Positions 15,338-23,177 of a stretch of 26,668 nucleotides of DNA are shown in pieces. The position numbers and the translations under genes are program-made. Location: positions 1 to 26,668 of IMG/VR virus record IMGVR_UViG_3300009435_000044; one strand, written 5' to 3'. Within the stretch, counting starts at the first letter, position 1. Every line of letters begins with the position of its first letter. The notes below the pieces were generated by a model that was not told where the DNA came from, made no database searches, and worked only from the letters and a program-made list of their open reading frames with translations. This stretch comes from a virus (lineage: Duplodnaviria; Caudoviricetes).

Positions 15338-15367
15338 TAGTATAACTAAAATAATTAAAAGTGTTTT
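15338..15367 (-). promoter_or_regulatory. Candidate phage late promoter
   Basis: Minus-strand AAAACA-N15-GTTAT-AC-TA. Confidence 0.6.
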
Positions 15368-15412
15368 ATGGTATTGGGTTACTATAAAGAAATAGTATTG
15401 AAACTGATTTTA

Positions 15413-15610
15413 CTATAAGTTTTCTTTATCATTAAATCTTTTTATCCACACTAACTTATTATCCTTAAAGTTTACTAAGTCAAATGGGTTTTTAGATGAT
15501 AATGCAACGTCATAGTGTACCCAATAATTGTTAAGTTTTCTAAACACTTTCCAATCGCTAAGACTCCAATTCTTTGTTTCTTTTACTATTTCTTCTTCTG
15601 TATAGGTCAT
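15413..15610 (-). CDS. Hypothetical protein
   Basis: Last gene of a tightly packed minus-strand operon. Confidence 0.7.
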   Translation of the reverse strand: MTYTEEEIVKETKNWSLSDWKVFRKLNNYWVHYDVALSSKNPFDLVNFKDNKLVWIKRFNDKENL

Positions 15611-15612
15611 AT

Positions 15613-15840
15613 CTAATCTTTTAAATCTATTTTATTTATACCATACATATCTTTCCAGAACTTAGCAGGAGCAGTTATACCATCTAATAAAGGATTACCA
15701 TCTCCATCATTTAGTTTTAATGGGAAGTCGTCATCTAATGATGCTAATATATCTAAGAACTCTTGTTGAGTATCTGTTATCTTATACTTCTCTGCAAACT
15801 TTCTTCTCTTATTCTTTAATTGTTTTCTTGCTTTTCCCAT
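15613..15840 (-). CDS. Hypothetical protein
   Basis: ORF track; 1-2 nt spacing to neighbours. Confidence 0.7.
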   Translation of the reverse strand: MGKARKQLKNKRRKFAEKYKITDTQQEFLDILASLDDDFPLKLNDGDGNPLLDGITAPAKFWKDMYGINKIDLKD

Positions 15841-15841
15841 A

Positions 15842-16156
15842 TTAAAAATTATATTTATAGCTATGTCTTTCTACCTCTATCTTTTGGTTTGCAAAACAAC
15901 TCATTCCGTTTATATGACTATCTGTAGGTACAAAGTAATTCCATTTCTTAAAAGATTGTATGTAGTAAAAGAAAAAAGCCGCACGTTTACCTGTGTTCTT
16001 TTCATAAACAACTGTCGCAGTATGGTCACTTGTTGGTATTATTTCTTGAACACTAAATGTTTCATTATTGAAATTATTTGCTCTATCTTTTTTAGAATAC
16101 CTACTACAGACATCATCTGCAAACATCTTTAACTCTTTTGCTACCTGCTTATTCAT
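15842..16156 (-). CDS. Hypothetical protein
   Basis: ORF track; 8-nt overlap with the upstream gene. Confidence 0.75.
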   Translation of the reverse strand: MNKQVAKELKMFADDVCSRYSKKDRANNFNNETFSVQEIIPTSDHTATVVYEKNTGKRAAFFFYYIQSFKKWNYFVPTDSHINGMSCFANQKIEVERHSYKYNF

Positions 16157-16553
16157 ATTTTATTTTGTTTAGAAAATTATTTATTATTACACTCCAACAT
16201 TCATCAGTATCGTACTTTATGTCACAATAATCCTTGTCATCCATTTTATACTTACCACTCTTTAAACAACCAACTATTTGAGCAAACTGCATAGAGTTTA
16301 TTATATTATTCTTATAATACTCTTTACCTAACTCTATATTACTTGTTAAGTCTCTGGTAAATGGATGTATATGAATATTATTATCTTTGTTGTGTTTAAT
16401 AAAATAACTATCCATATTAGCTAATATAATAGTATCAAGCATAGACTCAATCTTATCGTACTTCTTCACAAGGCTAACCAAGATATTAAGGTCATCTTTA
16501 GGGAGAGTCTTATTCTTAAACAACTTATTTACTAATTCTTTCTCTTTATTCAT
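16149..16553 (-). CDS. Hypothetical protein
   Basis: 134-aa ORF; TAATG coupling. Confidence 0.75.
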   Translation of the reverse strand: MNKEKELVNKLFKNKTLPKDDLNILVSLVKKYDKIESMLDTIILANMDSYFIKHNKDNNIHIHPFTRDLTSNIELGKEYYKNNIINSMQFAQIVGCLKSGKYKMDDKDYCDIKYDTDECWSVIINNFLNKIKYE

Positions 16554-16663
16554 TAGCTTACGTTTCTGCTTTTAGACTTCCATTGAACTCTTGGTGTGTT
16601 TCTATGGATTCCATATTTTCTAATCCTTGTGTAATTGTTTTTAATGTTGGTTACTATTGACAT
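16553..16663 (-). CDS. 36-aa basic peptide, not in the ORF track
   Basis: MSIVTNIKNNYTRIRKYGIHRNTPRVQWKSKSRNVS; first ORF after the late-promoter motif; TAATG coupling. Confidence 0.55.
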   Translation of the reverse strand: MSIVTNIKNNYTRIRKYGIHRNTPRVQWKSKSRNVS

Positions 16664-16686
16664 AATTTTATATTTTAGTGTGTAGT

Positions 16687-16716
16687 TATTATAACTAAAA
16701 ACTTATTTATTGTTTT
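16687..16716 (-). promoter_or_regulatory. Candidate phage late promoter
   Basis: Minus-strand AAAACA-N15-GTTAT-AA-TA. Confidence 0.65.
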
Positions 16717-16760
16717 GTTATAGACAACATATTATCTATTATCATTATTTTAAATTAGTT

Positions 16761-16788
16761 GCTTAGTGGTATTTCAGCACCACTAAGC
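16761..16788. terminator. Perfect 10-bp hairpin, possible terminator or processing site
   Basis: GCTTAGTGGT-ATTTCAGC-ACCACTAAGC; no clean U tail. Confidence 0.45.
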
Positions 16789-16885
16789 TGTTGTTTCTCT
16801 TTTCAACCATTTACAAGAAAGTTTTTTATTTATTACATAATTTACGTTAAAGTGGATGTAATATAATAAATAAATACTCATAGGT

Positions 16886-17044
16886 TTAATTAATTGTTTC
16901 AAATTCTACATCTATTGATTCTCCATTTTGCATATCATCAATAAACTTTAAATGGTATATCAATGCCTCTTGCTCACTTATAAATCTATTGTAAGTGTAG
17001 TTGACTATTTTATGTAATCTCTCTGTTTGTTCTATTGTTATCAT
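16886..17044 (-). CDS. 52-aa hypothetical protein, probably leaderless, not in the ORF track
   Basis: MITIEQTERLHKIVNYTYNRFISEQEALIYHLKFIDDMQNGESIDVEFETIN; TATATTTG ends 4 nt before the ATG. Confidence 0.6.
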   Translation of the reverse strand: MITIEQTERLHKIVNYTYNRFISEQEALIYHLKFIDDMQNGESIDVEFETIN

Positions 17045-17048
17045 AAGG

Positions 17049-17056
17049 CAAATATA
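17049..17056 (-). promoter_or_regulatory. -7 promoter element
   Basis: Minus-strand TATATTTG. Confidence 0.6.
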
Positions 17057-17084
17057 CAAATAAATTTAACAATAACAACTTTTT

Positions 17085-17114
17085 AACACAAAAATATAAA
17101 AAAAAGTTATCATA
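17085..17114 (+). promoter_or_regulatory. Candidate phage late promoter
   Basis: AACACA-N15-GTTAT-CA-TA upstream of the tail operon. Confidence 0.7.
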
Positions 17115-17132
17115 ATATAAAAGAGATTAAAG

Positions 17133-17843
17133 ATGAGTAAAGAATTAACGATTAATATACCAACATCATTACGAGGTATTAAGCTATCTCAATGGCAGAG
17201 GTTTATGAAAGTTTATCAAGCTAACAAGGAAAATAGTGATGGTAAATTTCTAAACTTAAAGATGTTAGAGATATTTTGTGGTGTTGACCTAAAATTAGCA
17301 CACAAACTACCATTAAACACCTTTGATGATGTTTTAGAGCATATTTCTATGTTGTTAGCATCAGATGTTAGTAGAATTAACACATTTAAGTTAAAAGGAG
17401 TAGATGATGTTGAAGTAGAGTTTGGGTTAATACCAAACTTAGATAAGATGTCTTATGGCGAGTTTGAGGACTTAGAGAACTATATTTATAGTGATGACAC
17501 ACTTCACAGAGCAATGGCAGTTCTTTATAGACCAATAGCATATAAAAAGAAAGATAGATATCTTATCCATGAATACAGGGGTACTGATGAGATGGCAGAG
17601 GTAATGAGAGATACTCCATTAGATGTAGCGTTAGGTGCGAGGGTTTTTTTTTGGACTTTAGCAAGAAAGTTAGGGAATTATATTCTGGACTCTACACTAC
17701 AGGAATTATTGAAGAAAGAGGAAGGCAACTCCGAGAAGCGTTTGGCAGAAAATGGGGAGGATATCAAGCAATATATTCACTCGCTGATGGACAAATTGAA
17801 AGAATTGGAGAAGTTACCAAACAAAATGTACACGAATGTTTAA
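17133..17843 (+). CDS. Putative tail assembly chaperone (0-frame product)
   Basis: First gene of the tail module; contains a T9 slippery run opening into a -1 frame ORF. Confidence 0.6.
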   Translation: MSKELTINIPTSLRGIKLSQWQRFMKVYQANKENSDGKFLNLKMLEIFCGVDLKLAHKLPLNTFDDVLEHISMLLASDVSRINTFKLKGVDDVEVEFGLIPNLDKMSYGEFEDLENYIYSDDTLHRAMAVLYRPIAYKKKDRYLIHEYRGTDEMAEVMRDTPLDVALGARVFFWTLARKLGNYILDSTLQELLKKEEGNSEKRLAENGEDIKQYIHSLMDKLKELEKLPNKMYTNV

Positions 17844-17905
17844 TGTATTTGGAGTATGTTAAAGAAAAGGCAGAGTTAGAAAGTAGATTACTAAAAATAC
17901 AATAA
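17651..17905 (+). CDS. -1 frameshift extension of the 17133 gene (fusion about 257 aa)
   Basis: Starts at the slippery run, has no ATG leader, and is coupled to the next gene by TAATG. Confidence 0.65.
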   Translation: MDFSKKVRELYSGLYTTGIIEERGRQLREAFGRKWGGYQAIYSLADGQIERIGEVTKQNVHECLMYLEYVKEKAELESRLLKIQ

Positions 17906-18363
17906 TGAATAGCGTTTACAATATATTAGACACAATCAAAACAGAATTAAGAAACACAAAAGGTGTTACAACCGTTACATTTGGTAATTTATCAGATGTA
18001 GATATGGATAAAACAACTATGTTTCCATTAGCACATCTTGTTTTAGGTAATACAATACATAAAGGTAATACATTAGAGTTTACTATTAAAATATTGTGTG
18101 CCGATATTATAGATTATAATAAAGATGAAGCTAATTTTGACGATTTCTATCAAAATGATAATCTACAAGACGTATTAAACACCCAATTTGAGGTATTAAA
18201 TAGGCTTATTACAGTACTAAAAAGAGGAGATTTGTTTGAATCTAACTACCAAGTAACAACAGATGTGGTTTTAGAGCCATTTATAGAGCGTTTTAGCAAC
18301 TTATTAGCAGGTTGGGGTGTGGATATATCAATTCAGATTCCTAATAGCTCTACGGTGTGTTAA
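17905..18363 (+). CDS. Putative tail completion/terminator protein
   Basis: 152-aa acidic protein; size, position and FPLAH motif; function inferred. Confidence 0.5.
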   Translation: MNSVYNILDTIKTELRNTKGVTTVTFGNLSDVDMDKTTMFPLAHLVLGNTIHKGNTLEFTIKILCADIIDYNKDEANFDDFYQNDNLQDVLNTQFEVLNRLITVLKRGDLFESNYQVTTDVVLEPFIERFSNLLAGWGVDISIQIPNSSTVC

Positions 18364-18364
18364 A

Positions 18365-18883
18365 ATGGAAGAAACAGAACTAAATAAGGCTCTTAATAGC
18401 GTAGGTAAGCTGATTACAGAAAAAGTAAGAAGAAATGCTAAGGTGGAAGGGTTTAGTGCCACAGGTAAGTTATATGATAGTTGGAGATATGATATTATAG
18501 AGAAAGACTTAAAGATATACGCAGAGAAGTATGCAGGAGCGTTATCTAAAGGTTCGAGTCCATCACGCTCAAATAGTGATTGGGAAGGTAAAAAGAGAAG
18601 ATTAGAGGAATGGATTAGAGCAAAGGGAATTAGACCTTATAGAAAGTTAAAAAACGGATATAAGTTCGCTAAGATGTCAACAGATAGGCGAAGTGCTTAT
18701 AAAAGTATGGTTTACTCAATATCTAAGTCTATTTCTGAAAAAGGTATAGTAAAGAGATATAATTATAAGGGTGGTAATTTTATAGAGTTAACCATTCAGC
18801 AAACAAAAAAACAAATAGACGATATGTTATCAGAAGCGTACAGAAAAGATATAGTAAATCAGTTAAATAATATAGGTAAATGA
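18365..18883 (+). CDS. Putative tail completion protein (HK97 gp10-like)
   Basis: ATGKLYDS (TG.L..S), WI..KGI and basic composition; start moved from 18317. Confidence 0.55.
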   Translation: MEETELNKALNSVGKLITEKVRRNAKVEGFSATGKLYDSWRYDIIEKDLKIYAEKYAGALSKGSSPSRSNSDWEGKKRRLEEWIRAKGIRPYRKLKNGYKFAKMSTDRRSAYKSMVYSISKSISEKGIVKRYNYKGGNFIELTIQQTKKQIDDMLSEAYRKDIVNQLNNIGK

Positions 18884-20043
18884 GTTTAATATTAGCAAGA
18901 AGTCCTTACTTCGTAGAGAGAACACCTTATGACGCAGGTGCTATACTAACACTAACTATAGGGCGAGGGAGGTATTCTGGTGGTTCTATTATAGATGTAA
19001 TAAAAACATACACATTAAATTTTAGGGAGCAGACAGAATTAGATATTTCTCCATTAATAAGAGATGCTATCACTTATAATGCCACCTATAATACTGATTA
19101 TGTGGTATATGTAAAGGCATCAATAACAGGCAATGAAGCAGGTATTCCCTCTGGAGCAACAGCCGCAAGTTTTTATGTTACAGATGGGTATGCTTTTTAT
19201 GAAGATGGGTATAACTACGATGCTGATGGTATTACTACTACACTATACAGCAATTCTTATTATGCAGGCTCAAACACTACTATTTATAGATTAGATGACA
19301 AAACTATAAGATTACCTTTTTTATGCACAACTTTACCGCCTTCTCCAACAGTCGCTACACTTACTCTTGATTATTATAAAAACAATGTATTAATAGCGTC
19401 TAATTCCGCTATTCTCCAAACAGGTAATAGTTCAAGTAATGCCTACCAATTAATAACAGATGGTACTGTTGATTTTGAAAAAAGAGTAACTGACGATGGT
19501 GGGGTGTTTATAGATAGTAAGTGTCTTCAAGAGTTCCTTAAAAATACGAAATTAGTTGATTACGACAAAATAATAGTTACGTCAGACATACAAGAGAGTT
19601 CAGTAGAACTAACGATTAAAGCTATATCCGAATGTAAACACCAACCTTACGAGATTATATTCAAGAATAGATATGGTGTGGAAGAAAGTTTATGGTTCTT
19701 TAAGAAATCTGAATATTCATTAAACACAGAAAGAGAGAGTTATAGAGGTAATACATTTGCTCAATTTAAGGCAGGGGATTTATCATATCACACATACCAA
19801 GACTACAATGTTAATGGTAGAGAAATGATGGTGTTAAACTCTGGGTTTTTAGAAGAATCATTCTCTGAAAACTTTAAACAACTTGCTTTATCTGAAAAGG
19901 TTTATATTATGATGGATAATGTAAAATTACCTGTAGTGTTAAGGTCTAAAGATATTACATACAAGCAAAGTGTTAATGAAAAGTTAATAGATTACAGAAT
20001 AGAAGTTGAATTTGCTTACGATAAGATAAACAACATAGTTTAA
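18880..20043 (+). CDS. Putative tail structural protein
   Basis: 387-aa beta-rich ORF in the tail operon. Confidence 0.6.
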   Translation: MSLILARSPYFVERTPYDAGAILTLTIGRGRYSGGSIIDVIKTYTLNFREQTELDISPLIRDAITYNATYNTDYVVYVKASITGNEAGIPSGATAASFYVTDGYAFYEDGYNYDADGITTTLYSNSYYAGSNTTIYRLDDKTIRLPFLCTTLPPSPTVATLTLDYYKNNVLIASNSAILQTGNSSSNAYQLITDGTVDFEKRVTDDGGVFIDSKCLQEFLKNTKLVDYDKIIVTSDIQESSVELTIKAISECKHQPYEIIFKNRYGVEESLWFFKKSEYSLNTERESYRGNTFAQFKAGDLSYHTYQDYNVNGREMMVLNSGFLEESFSENFKQLALSEKVYIMMDNVKLPVVLRSKDITYKQSVNEKLIDYRIEVEFAYDKINNIV

Positions 20044-23036
20044 TGAACTTAAACGTACAATTATACATAGATACGAGCGGAAGTCCATTGTTAACTCCAA
20101 TATACAAGAGGATAGAGTTGTTTGACTTTGAGAGTATTGAATTAACCTCATCGTTACAAGATGTTAGGGATATTTCTAAGGTCTTTACGGACTTTTCACA
20201 AGAGTTTACTGTTCCTGCGAGTAAGACTAATAATGCTATATTTCAACACTACTACAATACAAACATTGAAGAAGGATTTGATGCAAGAATAAAACAAAGA
20301 GGGTATATTGCTTTAAATGGAATCACTTTTAGAAATGGGTTTATAAGACTATCAGAGAGTAGTTTTGTAAACGAAAGACCAAGTGCCTACAAGTTAACAT
20401 TCTTTGGCTCTATGGTTGAACTTAAAGATATTATAGGGGATGATGAGTTATCAAGCCTACAACAACTAAATAACTACAGCCACGACTACAGCACAGCAGT
20501 AGTGTATAATGGATTTACAACAGGATTAGGGTTGGTTGGTAGTGCTATGGTTACAAGTACAGATAGAGATGTTATTTATCCTGCTATATCGGCAAGTAAT
20601 AAGTGGTATTATGATTCTTCTGCTGAATCTGCACCTGTGGACTACAATCAAGGCAAAAGTGTTAATATTTACACAACAGGAACGTATGGAATTGACTATA
20701 CGCAATTAAAACCTGCTATTAAAGCAAGACACATTATAACAGCTATTGAAGATAAATACAATAGCATTGACTTTAGTAATGATTTCTTTGGTAACTCGGA
20801 GTTTGACCAACTATATTTATTACTACACAACAATAAAGGTGTTTTACGAGGTGTTGGAGATTCTAAGACTTACAGAGTAGGTACTTATAATAATGATTCA
20901 GAATTTCAGTATAGTTCTGGGGACGGAGAACTTAGACCGATGGAAACCTACACAAGAGTTAGGTACGAGGAAGCTACGTTTTATACCCTTACCTTTACCG
21001 TAACACCTATAACACCTGTTTCTGGAATAAACTACAAGGTGGAATTATTTAGTAATGGACTACCGTTAGAAACTTGGAGTAATAATGAAGCAACAGACTC
21101 TTTTGTATATGAATTAAGAAGTGATAATAATGTTGTATGGGATAACCTATCTTATAGAGTATCAAGACAGGATTCTACAACATCTACGCTATCTACGTTT
21201 AATATAGACTTAGAAATAGAAAAAACAGTAGAGCAAAACGCTACCACAACTATATCTACTTCTGACTACATAGTAAGTCCTACAACACAGACAATGGCGA
21301 GTGAGGTAATTATAAGCCAAGCCTTGCCTAAAATTAAAATAGTTGATTTCTTACGAGGTCTTTATAGTATGTTCAACCTAACGTCTTATGTAGATGAGGA
21401 TGGGGTTATTGTAGTTAAACCATTAGATGATTATTTAAGGGATGGTGTTGAGATAGATATAACTGACAAGATACACACAGACTCTTACTCTATTAAGAGA
21501 ATGAAATTATTTAGCAAGATTGATTTTAAATACGCAGAACCTAAAACCTTTGGTGTTATAAGTCAAAACGAGGAAACTAATGATGATTTTGGTAATTTAG
21601 AGTATGAATTAACAAACGATAGTTTAATCTTTGATGGAGATAAATATAGCATTAAATTACCATTTGAAAAACTATTCTTTGAGAGATTATCTGATGAAAA
21701 CAACCCAGACGACTTAATTGATTTTGGTGGTGGTTGGTTAGTAGATAAAGATGAAAATGAAGTGGTAACTGCTCCTGTATTATTTTTTAATAGAGTTCAA
21801 GATGTTAACACGTCTAACTATAGCATAGGGTTTATAGGGCAAGCAAATATATCTAAGTTTAATAGACCGAGTAATTCATCTATTGGTGGTGTTACAACAC
21901 TTAATTTTAATGAAGAAATTGATGAATATTCTGGTAACTCACTAACAACAAGCCTATTTAACAACTATTACACCAATTACATATCTAATGTGTTTGATAA
22001 GACTACAAGGATATTTAGTTTAAAGGCTAAGTTTGATTTAGGTACTTTACTTACTTATAACATGAATGATGTTTTTGTTATAAAAGACATTCCATACATT
22101 ATAAATAACATTAGAACAAACCTAACTTCTGGAATGACTGAATTAGAGTTAATATCTAATTTTGCTAACACAGAGGTTGTTGTTGTTGATGCTATTGCTC
22201 CTGTTGAGCCAAGTCCATTGAATCTATCTTTAGATAATGCAACAGATACTTCAATACAATTCTCTTGGAACGCTTATACCGATAACTTTGAGGTTACAGG
22301 CTATCAAGTATGGGTAGATAGTGTGGCTCAAGTACCATTGTTAGATAATGTAACAATGCATACGATAACAGGTCTTACGGCAAGTACATCTTATAATATA
22401 CAACTTAAAGCGTTTGATGCAGCAGGTAATTATTCAACATTGTCTGGTGGGGTATCAATGAGTACTACTGCATCTTCTGATGTAACTGCTCCAAGCGTAC
22501 CTACAGCATTAACATTAGCAACTGCAACAGAAGATAGTTTGTATTTCACTTGGACTGCATCAACAGACAACGTGGCTGTAACAGGTTATAAAGTTTATAA
22601 GGGCGGTGTTCTTGATTATACAACAGGTGCAACAATTACAGAGCATACTATTACAGGATTAACTGCAAGTACTTCTTATGATATACAAGTTTCTGCGATT
22701 GATGCTGCTGCTAATGAATCCGCTAAGACATCAATCGTGGCTATGTCAACAACCGCAAGTACATCAGATGTAACACCACCTACACAACCTACAAGTTTAA
22801 TTAGTACGGCTGTAGAGGTAAATAGAATTGGGTTATCATGGACTGCATCAACAGATGACACAGCGGTTACAGGGTATGAGATATACGTTGATGGGGTTTC
22901 TGATGGAACTATAGCTAATACAACTTATACGATATTAGGGTTAACGACAGGCACAGAATATACAATAACAGTTAAGGCTTATGATGCAGCAGGTAATTAC
23001 TCAACAGCAGCCTTATTAATAGAAACAACATTATGA
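20043..23036 (+). CDS. Tail (hub/tip-like) protein with three C-terminal fibronectin type III domains
   Basis: Three D..(A/P)P..P..L...W.A.TD...VTGY.(V/I)...TI.GLT..T.Y.I.V.A.DAA(G/A)N.S repeats from about 22188 to 23030. Confidence 0.8.
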   Translation: MNLNVQLYIDTSGSPLLTPIYKRIELFDFESIELTSSLQDVRDISKVFTDFSQEFTVPASKTNNAIFQHYYNTNIEEGFDARIKQRGYIALNGITFRNGFIRLSESSFVNERPSAYKLTFFGSMVELKDIIGDDELSSLQQLNNYSHDYSTAVVYNGFTTGLGLVGSAMVTSTDRDVIYPAISASNKWYYDSSAESAPVDYNQGKSVNIYTTGTYGIDYTQLKPAIKARHIITAIEDKYNSIDFSNDFFGNSEFDQLYLLLHNNKGVLRGVGDSKTYRVGTYNNDSEFQYSSGDGELRPMETYTRVRYEEATFYTLTFTVTPITPVSGINYKVELFSNGLPLETWSNNEATDSFVYELRSDNNVVWDNLSYRVSRQDSTTSTLSTFNIDLEIEKTVEQNATTTISTSDYIVSPTTQTMASEVIISQALPKIKIVDFLRGLYSMFNLTSYVDEDGVIVVKPLDDYLRDGVEIDITDKIHTDSYSIKRMKLFSKIDFKYAEPKTFGVISQNEETNDDFGNLEYELTNDSLIFDGDKYSIKLPFEKLFFERLSDENNPDDLIDFGGGWLVDKDENEVVTAPVLFFNRVQDVNTSNYSIGFIGQANISKFNRPSNSSIGGVTTLNFNEEIDEYSGNSLTTSLFNNYYTNYISNVFDKTTRIFSLKAKFDLGTLLTYNMNDVFVIKDIPYIINNIRTNLTSGMTELELISNFANTEVVVVDAIAPVEPSPLNLSLDNATDTSIQFSWNAYTDNFEVTGYQVWVDSVAQVPLLDNVTMHTITGLTASTSYNIQLKAFDAAGNYSTLSGGVSMSTTASSDVTAPSVPTALTLATATEDSLYFTWTASTDNVAVTGYKVYKGGVLDYTTGATITEHTITGLTASTSYDIQVSAIDAAANESAKTSIVAMSTTASTSDVTPPTQPTSLISTAVEVNRIGLSWTASTDDTAVTGYEIYVDGVSDGTIANTTYTILGLTTGTEYTITVKAYDAAGNYSTAALLIETTL

Positions 23037-23176
23037 TAAGAGATATATTAAAATTGCTAAAAAGCAATGAATTTATGGTTAAAGATGATGACATACAATT
23101 CGCTAAAGGTGCGTATGAATTTCCTTTATCATTTAAAGAGTTAAGGGTTAAAAACAAACGAAGAAAACTAAGATAA
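23033..23176 (+). CDS. 47-aa basic protein, not in the ORF track
   Basis: MIRDILKLLKSNEFMVKDDDIQFAKGAYEFPLSFKELRVKNKRRKLR; ATGA overlap; ends 1 nt before the next ATG. Confidence 0.7.
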   Translation: MIRDILKLLKSNEFMVKDDDIQFAKGAYEFPLSFKELRVKNKRRKLR

Positions 23177-23177
23177 G

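Noticed and set aside
15442-15450. Perfect DnaA box TTATCCACA
   Set aside because: It is a single copy inside a coding region with no cluster, so it is compatible with chance.
16783-16881. 32-codon minus-strand ORF MSIYLLYYIHFNVNYVINKKLSCKWLKRETTA
   Set aside because: Its spacing is plausible, but it is too short and featureless to support as a gene.
22188-23036. Diversity-generating retroelement template/variable repeat pair
   Set aside because: The repeats are in-frame FN3 domains, differences are not adenine-specific, and no reverse transcriptase is present.
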